Shown: positions 17,425 to 27,465 of the stretch, piece after piece | Position numbering within the stretch: the first letter of the stretch is position 1 | Layout: the number at the start of each line of letters is the position of its first letter | Assembly (NCBI GenBank): GCA_963777315.1 | Contig: CAVZQC010000004.1 | Span: 96,001 to 160,000, forward strand | From: Vulcanimicrobiota bacterium | GTDB lineage: Bacteria > Vulcanimicrobiota > Vulcanimicrobiia > Vulcanimicrobiales > Vulcanimicrobiaceae | Direction of reading: 5' to 3' | DNA: 64,000 bases | Position numbers and translations under genes: made by a program | The notes under the pieces: generated by a model | Told to the model about the DNA's origin: nothing | Databases searched by the model: none | Seen by the model: only the letters and a program-made list of their open reading frames with translations

Positions 17425-18191
17425 TGAGCCAGCCCATCAAGACCGCCGCCCGCGCAGCCGAAAGCCGATTCCGCAAAAAAGCCGAGGAAACCAAGGTCGA
17501 GACCGCCGGCATGATGCGCTGGCTGCTCACGTACGCCGACATGATTACGCTCATGCTGGCGCTGTTCATCATTCTGTTCGCCATGTCGACGATCAGCCGG
17601 GTGAAGTTTCAAGCCTTCGCTAAGGACATCTCCGGCGGGTTCGACAATCAGTGGTCGGCCAATCAGCCGCCGCAAGGCGGCTTGAACGCTCGCGACCGGC
17701 TCGATTCGAATTCGCGCATTCCCGCCATCGAACGGCAGCTGCAGCGGTACGTCGAGCAAAATCGCCTGCAATCCGCGGTTCAAGTGCGCCTGGACCACCG
17801 CGGCTTGGTCATTACTTTACTTTCGGACAAGGCCTACTACGACAGCGGCAGCGCCGACCTGCGTCCGGGCACTAAGAAAATTCTTGATGATGTCGATGTC
17901 TTCTTAAAGAAGAACGACAACCTCATACGCGTTGAGGGCAACACGGATAACGTTCCGATAGCGACGGACCGGTATCCGAGCAACTGGGAGCTCTCTACCG
18001 CGCGCGCCGTGAACGTCGTACGGTACCTGGTGGAACACGACCGCTTGGACCCCACGCGACTCTCGGCAGCGGGATATGGACAGTATCATCCACGGACGGA
18101 TAACGGCACGGCCGCGACCCGGCAAAGCAATCGCCGCGTCGACATCGTGCTGCTCAATGCCAATCTCTCTCGCGCCGAAAAGGGGCAATAG
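17424..18191 (+). CDS. motB: Flagellar stator protein MotB
   Basis: RWLLTYADMITLMLALF; OmpA-like VEGNTD, NWELSTARA, NRRVDI. Confidence 0.95.
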   Translation: MSQPIKTAARAAESRFRKKAEETKVETAGMMRWLLTYADMITLMLALFIILFAMSTISRVKFQAFAKDISGGFDNQWSANQPPQGGLNARDRLDSNSRIPAIERQLQRYVEQNRLQSAVQVRLDHRGLVITLLSDKAYYDSGSADLRPGTKKILDDVDVFLKKNDNLIRVEGNTDNVPIATDRYPSNWELSTARAVNVVRYLVEHDRLDPTRLSAAGYGQYHPRTDNGTAATRQSNRRVDIVLLNANLSRAEKGQ

Positions 18192-18199
18192 TCCGTCCT

Positions 18200-19192
18200 A
18201 TGTCCAGTCTCTCGCAAGAGGAAATCGATGCGCTCATATGCCAGCTTGCGTCTGAGCCCACCGCCAAAGAGGCCGCGCCCGAAGACAAGAAGGTCAAACC
18301 CTTCGATTTCCGTTTCAACAAGCGCCTCGATAAGTTTTCCAACAATCAGCTGCAAACGCTGCGCACGCTGCACGAAAACTTCACGCGGCTGCTGAACAAC
18401 TCGCTCTCGGTCTATCTGCGGACCCGCGCCGAAGCCTCGATCGTTTCGATCGAACAAATCAGTTACGGCGACTTCATCGCGAGCATCGGCATCCCGTCGA
18501 TCCTGTCGATCTTCTCGATGGACCCGCTGCCCGGAAGCGGCATCGTCCAGATCGACCTGAACCTCGTGTTTTCGATCATCGACCGGCTGCTGGGCGGACC
18601 GGGGTGGTTTCCGCACAAGCTGCGCGATTTGACCGACATCGAACGCACGTTGATGCAGCGCTTCATGGCGCGCATGCTGAACAGCTATCGCGAGTCGTGG
18701 AATTACCTGCTCACCCTTTCGCTCAAGATCGAAGCGCTCGACTCCAATCCGCAATTCATTCCGCGCATCATCCCGCTCGATCAAATCGTGGGATACGTCT
18801 CGATGGAACTCAAGGTGGGCGATATGGGCGGCGTGATGAACTTCTGCCTGCCGTATCCGGTGCTGCAGTCCATCGGCAGCCAGCTCAACGATTTTCAGTG
18901 GTCGCCCAACGTCGCTTCGAGCCGCGGCACGACGCAGCGAGATATCGCCCAGCTCGCGCGCAACGTTGAAAGGGCCGACGTGGATCTGCAAGTCGAGCTG
19001 GGCAGAACAACCGTTTCGCTTCGCGATTTGGTCGCGCTTGCGCCCGGCGACGTCGTGCTGTTCGACAAGGCTACGGATGCGCCGCTCATTGCCCGCATCA
19101 ACGAACGTGAAAAATTCCGCGTCTATCCCGGCGTGCACAAGGACCGCGTGGCGGTTCAGGTAGCGGACGTGATCAGAAACGAGGATGCATAG
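18200..19192 (+). CDS. fliM: Flagellar motor switch protein FliM
   Basis: LSQEEIDAL, DRLLGG, LTDIE, C-terminal SpoA domain. Confidence 0.95.
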   Translation: MSSLSQEEIDALICQLASEPTAKEAAPEDKKVKPFDFRFNKRLDKFSNNQLQTLRTLHENFTRLLNNSLSVYLRTRAEASIVSIEQISYGDFIASIGIPSILSIFSMDPLPGSGIVQIDLNLVFSIIDRLLGGPGWFPHKLRDLTDIERTLMQRFMARMLNSYRESWNYLLTLSLKIEALDSNPQFIPRIIPLDQIVGYVSMELKVGDMGGVMNFCLPYPVLQSIGSQLNDFQWSPNVASSRGTTQRDIAQLARNVERADVDLQVELGRTTVSLRDLVALAPGDVVLFDKATDAPLIARINEREKFRVYPGVHKDRVAVQVADVIRNEDA

Positions 19193-19197
19193 TTTTC

Positions 19198-20064
19198 ATG
19201 GCTGACATTCAACAAATTACCGACGGCATGCTCCAAACCGCGGGAACGGTGTTGGGGCGCCTGGTAGAATTGCCGGTTACGGCGTCCGCGGCGCGCCGGC
19301 GGGACCACGGCGGTTCCATCAAGATCGACGCGCAGACGCTGGTAGCGGTAGCGCAGATTCCCGCGGCCGGCATCAAAGTGGTGGTCCGCTTCGAGTCCGG
19401 CGACATCGCCAAAGTCGTCAACGTGATGCTGGGCAGTCCCGACGATGCTGCCGAGTTGGGCGCCATGCAGTTGTCGATCGTGTCGGAAACCGTTTCGCAG
19501 ATTGCGGGCGCCATGGCCGAAGAGCTGGCCAAGCGCATCGGCGCGGGCGTACAAGACGTACACGCCGAGCTGTGCACCGACGCAACCAATTTGCCGGCAC
19601 CCCCGTTCGCATCGTACGAAGGAACGGTTGCGGTCGGCAACGTCGTTGCGCCGCGCATTTGCATCGATTTCGACGGCATCGCGCTGAGCAAAATCGGCAC
19701 CCCGGCCGCCCCGCCGAACAAGCCCGCCGCGCGCGAAGCGGCGCCGGCCCGTACGGCTCCGGCTGCCGCGCCGGTTGCGTTTGCCGCGATGTCTCCCACG
19801 CTCTCGCGCACGCTGCATGGCGGCAGTAACCTCGAGCTCGTGCACGACGTGCCGCTCCAAATCAGCGCCGTGCTCGGTAAGACCGGGCTGACGTTGCGCG
19901 ACGTGGTCGCGCTGCAGTCGGGAAGCGTGTTCGAACTCGACAAACTCTCCAGCGATCCAATCGACTTGTACGTGAACAACATTCTGATCGCGCGGGGTGA
20001 AGTCGTCGTCGTCGACGACAAATTCGCAGTTAAAATCGCCGAACTGAATCCTTCAGCGGAGTAA
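19198..20064 (+). CDS. fliN: FliY/FliN-type switch protein (degenerate CheC-like domain plus FliN domain)
   Basis: C-terminal DVPLQISAVLG...IARGEVVVVDDKFAVKI; N-terminal ~165 aa CheC-like (MLG...MQLSIVSE). Confidence 0.85.
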   Translation: MADIQQITDGMLQTAGTVLGRLVELPVTASAARRRDHGGSIKIDAQTLVAVAQIPAAGIKVVVRFESGDIAKVVNVMLGSPDDAAELGAMQLSIVSETVSQIAGAMAEELAKRIGAGVQDVHAELCTDATNLPAPPFASYEGTVAVGNVVAPRICIDFDGIALSKIGTPAAPPNKPAAREAAPARTAPAAAPVAFAAMSPTLSRTLHGGSNLELVHDVPLQISAVLGKTGLTLRDVVALQSGSVFELDKLSSDPIDLYVNNILIARGEVVVVDDKFAVKIAELNPSAE

Positions 20065-20072
20065 GGCATTCC

Positions 20073-20423
20073 ATGCCCTTTGTAGGCCAGTATATTCTGG
20101 CGCTGCTCGTCGTGGCGCTCATGCTGTTCGGGCTGTACACGGTCGTGCGCGCTTTGGGTCGCGGGCGCCTTGTGACTTCCACGGACAAGCGTTTGGTCAC
20201 GGTCGTCGAGTCGACGTTTTTGGCCCAGAACACGACTCTGCACGTCGTTAAAGTGGGCGATCGTTTCTACTTGCTCGGCGGTGGCGCCGGCCACGTCGCA
20301 ACTTTGGCCGAAGTGCCGTCCGAGCACGTCGAGCCGTGGATCGGCCAACAGCGCCGGCTGTTCGCCACGCAGACGCAGTCCTTGTCCGGCTTCTTCAAGC
20401 AGATTCGTAAAGCGCAACGATGA
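20073..20423 (+). CDS. fliO: Flagellar biosynthesis protein FliO/FliZ
   Basis: One TM helix, VVE..L.....LHVVKVG..YLLG; lies between fliN and fliP. Confidence 0.85.
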   Translation: MPFVGQYILALLVVALMLFGLYTVVRALGRGRLVTSTDKRLVTVVESTFLAQNTTLHVVKVGDRFYLLGGGAGHVATLAEVPSEHVEPWIGQQRRLFATQTQSLSGFFKQIRKAQR

Positions 20424-21229
20424 TTCGTTCGTTTTTCGTGCGGCTGTGGACGCGCCATCACGCGTTCATGATCGTCAGCGCAGTTGCGATCGGACTGCTG
20501 TGGGTCATTCCCGCCATTGCGTCCGCCGCCACGGCGCCCGCCGGTCCCACCATTCCGATACCGCAGGTCAGCCTGGGCGTCGGTCAGGCGCGCAACCCGC
20601 ACGACGTCGCGGCGTCGCTGCAGATTCTGCTGCTGCTGACCGTGTTGGCCCTCGCGCCCACGCTGCTCGTTCTGGTCACGTCGTTTACGCGCGTCATCGT
20701 CGTGCTGTCGTTCGTTCGCACTGCGCTGGGAACCCAGCAGGTGCCGCCCAACCAGGTGCTCGTCGGATTGGCGCTGTTTCTGACCTTTTTCATCATGGCT
20801 CCAGTCGTCAAAGACGTGAACCACAACGCGCTGCAGCCGTATCTCAAGAGCCAAATCACGCAGTCGGTCGCACTCGACCGCGCGGTGCAGCCGCTGCGCA
20901 AGTTCATGTTCAAGCAAACGCGCGATAAAGATCTGCAGCTGTTCTACTCGCTTTCGGATCAACCGCGGCCCGCAACGCAAGCGGACGTTCCGACCTACAT
21001 CCTCATCCCCGCGTTCGTCATCTCGGAGCTGAAAACGGCGTTTGAAATCGGCTTTGCGATCTACGTGCCATTCATCGTCATCGACATGGTGGTTGCAAGC
21101 ATTTTGCTGTCCATGGGCATGATGATGATTCCGCCGGTCATCATCTCGCTGCCGTTCAAGATTCTCATCTTCTTGCTGGTCGACGGCTGGAACCTGACCG
21201 TGAACGCCATCTTCCAGAGTTACCGCTAG
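20420..21229 (+). CDS. fliP: Export gate protein FliP
   Basis: TSFTRVIVVLS, PPNQVL, PAFVISELKTAF, GMMMIPP..ISLPFK, DGW. Confidence 0.97.
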   Translation: MIRSFFVRLWTRHHAFMIVSAVAIGLLWVIPAIASAATAPAGPTIPIPQVSLGVGQARNPHDVAASLQILLLLTVLALAPTLLVLVTSFTRVIVVLSFVRTALGTQQVPPNQVLVGLALFLTFFIMAPVVKDVNHNALQPYLKSQITQSVALDRAVQPLRKFMFKQTRDKDLQLFYSLSDQPRPATQADVPTYILIPAFVISELKTAFEIGFAIYVPFIVIDMVVASILLSMGMMMIPPVIISLPFKILIFLLVDGWNLTVNAIFQSYR

Positions 21230-21231
21230 CG

Positions 21232-21501
21232 ATGGGTTTCGGGGACGCGATCTCGCTCGGGCGCGATGCGATCTTCGTGTGTTTTATGGTCGCAGCGCCC
21301 GTGCTGCTGGTCTCGATGGTGGTCGGCCTGGTCATTTCCGTCATTCAGGCCGTGACGCAGATCCAGGAACCCACGCTCACCTTCATACCGAAAATCGTCG
21401 CCTCGGCGCTCGCGCTGCTGTTTTTCGGCCCGTTCATGCTCGCGTTGCTCACGGATTTCACTGCGCGCGTGTTCACGCACGTTAAAGACTTTATCCGGTG
21501 A
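21232..21501 (+). CDS. fliQ: Export gate protein FliQ
   Basis: QAVTQIQEPTLTFIPK. Confidence 0.96.
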   Translation: MGFGDAISLGRDAIFVCFMVAAPVLLVSMVVGLVISVIQAVTQIQEPTLTFIPKIVASALALLFFGPFMLALLTDFTARVFTHVKDFIR

Positions 21502-21534
21502 CCGCCGGTAGCGGCTCCCGCACCGGCTAGTACC

Positions 21535-22317
21535 ATGCCCGACCTTTTTAACGTCAGCCAAGGGCAGTTCGAAACGTTCCTGCTGCTGGTCGTGCGCGTG
21601 TCCACGATGCTGTTCGTCTTTCCGGTGTTCTCGGCCCGGCAAATTCCGGTGCTGGTGCGGATCGGTCTTGCGTTTTTGATCGCGTTCGTGCTCTATCGCG
21701 CGGTGCCGGTGCTTGCGCCGCTGCCCGACGTAGGAGCGCTCTTCGTCGCCGTCGTCAGCCAGGTGGTACTCGGTCTGATCGTCGGGTTCGTAGCCTCTTT
21801 GGTCTTCATGGGCATTCAATTCGCCGGCGAAATCATCGACATTCAAATCGGTTTCGCCGTGGCGAACGTCATCAGCCCTCAGACGCAGCAGCAAGTCACC
21901 ATCATCGGCGAACTGCAGCTGACGCTGGCTACGCTGATTTTTCTGATGAGCGATTCGCACCTCGTCATGCTTGCGGGCATCGGCGGCTCGCTGCACCTGG
22001 TTCCGCTTCCCTACATCAACCTGGATCCCAGCGTCGCGGCGAACGTCGTGACGTTTTTGGGCCAGGCGTTCTTGATCGTGCTCAAGATCGCAGCGCCGCC
22101 CGCCGTCGCGCTGTTCTTGGTGAACCTCGCACTGGGATTGATGGCGCGCGTGGCCCCGCAGATGAACGTGTTCGTGGTAGGTTTCCCGCTGCAAATCGGA
22201 GTGGGCTTGCTGATGATGGCGGTCAGCGTACCGCTCTTGGGGTACGTCGCTCCGCAGCTGTTTTCCGAATCAGCCCATCAGATGGATGCCGTCATGCGCG
22301 GCATGGCCGTGCACTAG
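21535..22317 (+). CDS. fliR: Export gate protein FliR
   Basis: AGEIIDIQIGF, RVAPQMNVF.VGFPL; hydrophobic. Confidence 0.95.
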   Translation: MPDLFNVSQGQFETFLLLVVRVSTMLFVFPVFSARQIPVLVRIGLAFLIAFVLYRAVPVLAPLPDVGALFVAVVSQVVLGLIVGFVASLVFMGIQFAGEIIDIQIGFAVANVISPQTQQQVTIIGELQLTLATLIFLMSDSHLVMLAGIGGSLHLVPLPYINLDPSVAANVVTFLGQAFLIVLKIAAPPAVALFLVNLALGLMARVAPQMNVFVVGFPLQIGVGLLMMAVSVPLLGYVAPQLFSESAHQMDAVMRGMAVH

Positions 22318-23339
22318 AAGTACGTGAGTTGACCGATCTGGTTGGCGGCCTGCTCGGTGAAATACATCTTGCCGTCCGGACCCAGGGTAATCCACACCGG
22401 TTTCGCGTTGGCGGTTTTGATCGGATATTCGGTGTACTTGAGCGAGTTGACGTTGAACTGGCCGACCGCGTTGTTGGACGCATCGAGCACGTCGAAATTT
22501 CCGAACAAGTCCAGCGCCAGGCCCGTGGCGCTCTTGGCTCCCGCGAGCGGATACTCGTTGAGCACCCCGCTGGTGGTCAAGCGCCCGAGTTTGGGCGCGG
22601 TCGAAGAATTTTCGGTAAACCACATGGCGCCGTCGGGTCCTTGAACGATGGCCCAAGGATTCGATCCCGGCGCCAATGCGTATTCGTGATCGATGACGTT
22701 GGCGGCAGTGTTCAGATGACCGATCTTCGCCGCGCCCGATTCGCAAAACCACATGTTGCTGTCCGGACCCTGTGCGATGCCCAGCGGCGTGGCCGCGGGA
22801 TTGGAAAGCGTGAACGGTCCGCTCACGACGCCGGTGGTCGTGATTTCGCCCACCGAGCCGCTGCCGGGGTCGGTGAAGTACATCGTATTGAGCCCGGGGC
22901 CGTTGGCAAAAAACGCGGGCGCCGCGTTTGCCCAAGGAACGAGATACTCGGTCGTCGAGCCGGAAGAAAACGCCGTGACGGTTGCGATCCGGTGGACGGC
23001 TGGTTCGGTAAACCATATCGCGCCGTCCGGGCCGACCGCGACGAATGCGGGCCCTGCGTTGGGCGTTTTGGTTTTGATTTCAGCGAACGCGCCGCCGGTG
23101 CTCAGCTGCCCGATCTTGCTTGCCGCCATTTCGGCGAAATACAGAAATCCGTCGCGCCCGGCAACGATGCCGGCAGGCGACGCGCTCGGCGTGGGCACCT
23201 TATACTCGAACGTTACGCTGGGAACGACCGGAGGCGCCGTAGGCACGGGGCCGCTGCCGATGACTTTACCGTTCCCGCAGCCGGCCAGCGCAGCCGCGCA
23301 AAGAATACCGATAGCCCCCTGGGCGACGCAAGCGCGCAA
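22314..23339 (-). CDS. Vgb (virginiamycin B lyase)-like beta-propeller lipoprotein
   Basis: Repeated GPDG..WFTE..A.KIG blades; lipobox LAGC; SD AAGGAG 6 nt before TTG23339. Confidence 0.85.
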   Translation of the reverse strand: MRACVAQGAIGILCAAALAGCGNGKVIGSGPVPTAPPVVPSVTFEYKVPTPSASPAGIVAGRDGFLYFAEMAASKIGQLSTGGAFAEIKTKTPNAGPAFVAVGPDGAIWFTEPAVHRIATVTAFSSGSTTEYLVPWANAAPAFFANGPGLNTMYFTDPGSGSVGEITTTGVVSGPFTLSNPAATPLGIAQGPDSNMWFCESGAAKIGHLNTAANVIDHEYALAPGSNPWAIVQGPDGAMWFTENSSTAPKLGRLTTSGVLNEYPLAGAKSATGLALDLFGNFDVLDASNNAVGQFNVNSLKYTEYPIKTANAKPVWITLGPDGKMYFTEQAANQIGQLTYF

Positions 23340-23523
23340 ACTCGTCTCCTTTTGAAAAGGCGCCCCGCTCGAGGGGAGCGCCAAACTTTGCGCCTATTCG
23401 GCGCCTCCAAGGCGCCTCCCGCCGCGGACGTTACCGCCGCAACCGTTAAGTCTCGACGGCGGCGCTGTTGCATGTATTGCTGCGGACCGATGATAGGACT
23501 AGACGCTCATTCGAGCGTGGCGT

Positions 23524-24588
23524 ATGGCTAGACCTGAACAAACCGAAAAGGCTACCCCCAAGCGCCGTGAAGAGGCGCGCAAGCGTGGTCAAGTCGCCAA
23601 GAGTCCCGACCTTGCAGGTGCTGCGGTTTTCCTTGCCGGCGTCTTCGTGCTGCATTTGCTTGCGGCTCCGACCCTGGCTTCGATAGGCGGCACGATGCAA
23701 GCGGTTCTTTCGCGCATTCAGGAACACCAAGACTTCACGACGGTCTCGGTGTGGACGCTGTTTTTGCGCGCGTTCGGTTCGGCGAGTTTGCTGTTGGGTT
23801 CCCTGTTCGCCGTCGCCGCGATCGCCGGAGTCGGCGTGAACGTGCTGCAAACGGGAGGGGTTGTGTCGCTGGTTCCACTCACGCCCAGTTTCAAGAAGAT
23901 CAACCCGTACACCGGCGTGCAGCGGCTGTTCTCCAAGCAAGTTCTCGTGAATTTCGGAAAGCAACTGCTCAAGCTCGGCGCCGTGCTCGTCATCGTCTAT
24001 ACGACCATCGCAGGCAGTCTCAATTCGCTGGCCATGCTGGGCGAAATGCCCGCCCGCGCGCTGATTGGATTCGTCGGCGATCTGGTGTTTTCGATCGGCT
24101 GGAAGTTTGGCTTCGTCTTGGTCATCGTCGCTTTATTGGACCTCGCGTACGAGCGCTGGCAGTACGAAGAAAGTCTCAAGATGAGCAAGCAAGAGGTCAA
24201 AGACGAGTATCGCCAGTCCGAAGGAAATCCGGAGATCAAAGGCGCGCTCAAACGCCGCCAGCGCGAGTTCGCTCGCCGGCGCATGATGGCCGCAGTTCCC
24301 AAGGCTACGGTCATCGTGACCAACCCCACGCACGTCGCGGTCGCGCTTGCATGGGACGAAGAGAAGATGGAAGCGCCCGTCGTGACGGCCAAAGGCGCGG
24401 ATTTGATCGCCAAGCGCATCCGCGAAATCGCGGCCGAGCACGGCGTGCCGACGATGGAGAATCCGCCGCTTGCGCGTACGCTCTACGCTAAGGTTGAACT
24501 CGATCAGGCCATTCCGCCCAACATGTATGCCGCCGTGGCGCAAGTGATTGCGTTCGTGTTCAAAATCAAGCGAAAGACGATCGCGTAA
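23524..24588 (+). CDS. flhB: Export switch protein FlhB
   Basis: TEKATPKR, KMSKQEVKDE..SEGNPEIK, autocleavage motif NPTH, ENPPLAR. Confidence 0.96.
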   Translation: MARPEQTEKATPKRREEARKRGQVAKSPDLAGAAVFLAGVFVLHLLAAPTLASIGGTMQAVLSRIQEHQDFTTVSVWTLFLRAFGSASLLLGSLFAVAAIAGVGVNVLQTGGVVSLVPLTPSFKKINPYTGVQRLFSKQVLVNFGKQLLKLGAVLVIVYTTIAGSLNSLAMLGEMPARALIGFVGDLVFSIGWKFGFVLVIVALLDLAYERWQYEESLKMSKQEVKDEYRQSEGNPEIKGALKRRQREFARRRMMAAVPKATVIVTNPTHVAVALAWDEEKMEAPVVTAKGADLIAKRIREIAAEHGVPTMENPPLARTLYAKVELDQAIPPNMYAAVAQVIAFVFKIKRKTIA

Positions 24589-26711
24589 TGGCCGCTTCAC
24601 GAACCGCGGCCGCGCCCGGAGTCCTGCAGAGAATCGGCGCCACGGCGCCGATCTGGGTCGCGGGCGCTTCGGTCATGCTGGTCATGCTGATGATCGTGCC
24701 CATCCCGGCCGTTCTTCTGGACCTGCTGCTCACGATCAATATCGCCGTCGCGCTGCTGATCATCGGCGTGTCGCTCTATGCCGAGAACGCGCTGGCCTTC
24801 AGCGTCTTCCCCACGCTGCTGCTGATCATCACGCTCTTTCGGTTGTCGCTCAACATCACCGCGACGCGCCAGATACTGCTGCACGGCTATGCCGGCGAAG
24901 TGATCAACTTTTTCGGGCAGATCGTCATCGGCGGAAACTACGCCGTCGGTTTCGTGATCTTTTTGATTCTGATCGTCATCCAGTTCGTCGTCATCACCAA
25001 CGGCGCCGGACGCGTGGCTGAAGTGGCCGCGCGTTTCACGTTGGACGCGATGCCCGGCAAGCAGCTGGCCATCGACGCGGACCTGAACGCAGGCCTCATC
25101 ACCGAAGCCGAGGCGCGCCAGCGCCGCAAAGACATTCAGCGCGCGGCGGACTTTTACGGAGCGATGGACGGCGCGAGCAAGTTCGTGCGAGGCGATGCGG
25201 TCGCCGCGCTCGTCATCGTCGCCATCAACACCGTGGGCGGATTCATCGTCGGCGTGGCGCAGGAGCACATGACGCTGATGCAGTCGCTCGAGCACTTCAC
25301 GCTGCTCACCGTCGGTGAAGGCATCGTAACCCAAGTGCCGGCGCTGCTCATATCGACTGCAACCGGCATCGTCGTCACTCGCGCCGCAAGCGAAGGCGAT
25401 TTCGGCCGCGATCTCACAAAGCAGCTGAGCGGCCAGCCAACGGCAATCCTCATAGCCGCCATCATGACGGCGGTCTTCGGCATAGCCGGATTGGTCCGCT
25501 GGTTCATGCTGCCGATCTCGGTGCTGCTGTTCATCTACTACTTCCGCAACAGGCACAAGGCGCCGCAGACCGCCGCGCAGATCGCCGCCTCGCAAGCCGG
25601 CGCAATCACCGCTGCCGGCTCGCAGCAGGCCCTCAAGCCTGCCGAGTCCATGGTGCCGCTGTTGTCGTACGATCCCATGGAGCTGGAAATAGGCTTCGGC
25701 TTGATTCCGCTAGTCGACACTACCCAAGGCGGCGATCTGCTCGAGCGCATCACGCTGATTCGCCGCCACGCCGCGCGCGATCTCGGCATCGTGGTTCCGC
25801 CGATTCGCGTGCGCGACAATCTGCAACTGCGGCCCAGCACGTACGTCGTGAAGATCTACGGATTGGAAGTTGCGTCCGCCGAAGTCATGGTCAGCCGGTT
25901 GCTCGCCATGAACCCGGGAACGGCCACGCAACCGATCGACGGCATCGCAACGACCGAACCGGCCTTCAATCTGCCCGCGCTGTGGATACCGGAGTCGGGC
26001 AAAGCGCAAGCCGAGATGAGCGGATACACCGTAATCGATCCCACCAGCGTCATCGCAACGCATTTGACGGAAATCATCAAGAGCCACAGTCCGGATCTGC
26101 TGGGCCGTCAGGAAACCTCGGCGCTGCTCGACAACGTCAAGAGCCATTATCCGGTCGTCGTGGAAGAGCTCGTTCCCAATTTGCTGACGGTCGGCGAAGT
26201 ACAGCGCGTGCTGCAGAATCTGCTGCGCGAGCGCATTCCCATTCGCAACCTGCTGCTGATCCTGGAAAGCCTGGCCGATGCGGCACGCGTGAGCAAAGAC
26301 GTGGACTTCTTGACCGAACGCGTTCGTGCGGCGATGGCGCGCCACATCTGCGCGGAATATTCCGAAGACGGCCTGCTGTCGGTGATCACGGTCGATCCGC
26401 GCTTGGAGTCGCTGCTGGGCGAAGCGGTGCGCCGCGGAGAAGATGCGTACGCGCTGCTCGATCCCAATACCGTGGCGAAGATTTACAGTTCGCTGACCGC
26501 GCAGATGCAGGCCGCGCAGTCCGCGGGACTGCATCCGATCGTCCTGTGTTCGCCGTCGGTGCGTTTGGCGCTTAAACGCTTGACCGAGCGCGCCGCGCCG
26601 CAGCTCGTGGTGCTCTCGTACTCGGAGATCGCTGCCGGTTTGCGGGTGGAATCGATCGGCCAAGTGTCGGCCGCCGAGATGCCGGCCGAGCCGCTGGCGG
26701 CGGTGACGTGA
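24588..26711 (+). CDS. flhA: Export apparatus protein FlhA
   Basis: RVAEVAARFTLDAMPGKQ, FYGAMDGASKFV, IRVRDN, VLSYSEI. Confidence 0.97.
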   Translation: MAASRTAAAPGVLQRIGATAPIWVAGASVMLVMLMIVPIPAVLLDLLLTINIAVALLIIGVSLYAENALAFSVFPTLLLIITLFRLSLNITATRQILLHGYAGEVINFFGQIVIGGNYAVGFVIFLILIVIQFVVITNGAGRVAEVAARFTLDAMPGKQLAIDADLNAGLITEAEARQRRKDIQRAADFYGAMDGASKFVRGDAVAALVIVAINTVGGFIVGVAQEHMTLMQSLEHFTLLTVGEGIVTQVPALLISTATGIVVTRAASEGDFGRDLTKQLSGQPTAILIAAIMTAVFGIAGLVRWFMLPISVLLFIYYFRNRHKAPQTAAQIAASQAGAITAAGSQQALKPAESMVPLLSYDPMELEIGFGLIPLVDTTQGGDLLERITLIRRHAARDLGIVVPPIRVRDNLQLRPSTYVVKIYGLEVASAEVMVSRLLAMNPGTATQPIDGIATTEPAFNLPALWIPESGKAQAEMSGYTVIDPTSVIATHLTEIIKSHSPDLLGRQETSALLDNVKSHYPVVVEELVPNLLTVGEVQRVLQNLLRERIPIRNLLLILESLADAARVSKDVDFLTERVRAAMARHICAEYSEDGLLSVITVDPRLESLLGEAVRRGEDAYALLDPNTVAKIYSSLTAQMQAAQSAGLHPIVLCSPSVRLALKRLTERAAPQLVVLSYSEIAAGLRVESIGQVSAAEMPAEPLAAVT

Positions 26712-27373
26712 TGTTCGGCCTGTTTCGCAGCGCAGCGCGCAAATCGGTTTCAGCCGAGAAACTGCCGGTGCTGCATTCGTTCGTCGACGTGGCGGTCGGG
26801 GGGCGGCGGATGCGTTCGGTGTCGATCGAAGAGCTCAATCCGCGCTACGTTGCGGTGAACGAGGTAGTCGGGCGGGCCGGCGAACGCAGCGCGATCGTGT
26901 ACCACACCGCAAGCGGTAAATTTCGTTTGGGCACCACGATAGCGGACGTCAAAGACGGCATGACCTACTTCCAGCTGCCCGGACGCGTCGAAATGCTCGC
27001 GGGCGGCGGCCAAAAGCGAACGAGTGTGCGGTTGGACACGCTGGTTTCGGGCGTATGGCGCATGGCGCCCGACGGCAAAGGCGTGGGCGAGTTCATGAAG
27101 GGCAGCATCCGCGACATCAGCCGCGGGGGATGCGCGATCATCATGAGCCGGCAATGCCGCGTGGGCCAATGGCTCGAAATCAAGATGGCGCTCAAGCACG
27201 AAACGCCCGCCGTTGCGGTGGTGGGCGAGATCGTGCGCTGCGAACAGGTGCCCACGTCGGGCAAGTTTTCGCATGGTTTACGTTTCCACGGGCTCACGCC
27301 GGCGCAAGACCATCAGATACTCGAGTTCATCAATCGCAAGCAAACCGAGCTGCGAAGCCGGGGCTTGGCTTAA
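26708..27373 (+). CDS. PilZ-domain c-di-GMP effector (YcgR/MotI-like flagellar brake)
   Basis: RxxxR (RTSVR) and DxSxxG (DISRGG) motifs after an N-terminal beta domain. Confidence 0.85.
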   Translation: MMFGLFRSAARKSVSAEKLPVLHSFVDVAVGGRRMRSVSIEELNPRYVAVNEVVGRAGERSAIVYHTASGKFRLGTTIADVKDGMTYFQLPGRVEMLAGGGQKRTSVRLDTLVSGVWRMAPDGKGVGEFMKGSIRDISRGGCAIIMSRQCRVGQWLEIKMALKHETPAVAVVGEIVRCEQVPTSGKFSHGLRFHGLTPAQDHQILEFINRKQTELRSRGLA

Positions 27374-27385
27374 CGCGCCGGTTGT

Positions 27386-27412
27386 TAAGGAAATCGGCCC
27401 GCAAGCCGATTC
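27386..27412 (+). promoter_or_regulatory. Sigma28-type promoter of the cheY-cheC-cheA-cheW operon
   Basis: TAAG(27386-27389)-N15-GCCGATTC(27405-27412). Confidence 0.7.
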
Positions 27413-27465
27413 AGATTTCAGGGGTTCCTTACGGAACACCGTCAGCTATCTCTTTTGGAGCGCCT

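Noticed and set aside
21504..21527. Hairpin between fliQ and fliR as a terminator
   Set aside because: No U tract and it lies mid-operon; GC-rich hairpins of this size arise easily by chance.
22314..23339. Streptogramin resistance gene vgb
   Set aside because: It has a lipoprotein signal and only fold-level similarity, so a resistance function cannot be supported.
23446..23493. Sigma28 promoter for flhB (ACCGATGA at 23486-23493)
   Set aside because: No TAAA-like -35 at 15-16 nt spacing; the TAAG at 23447 is too far away.
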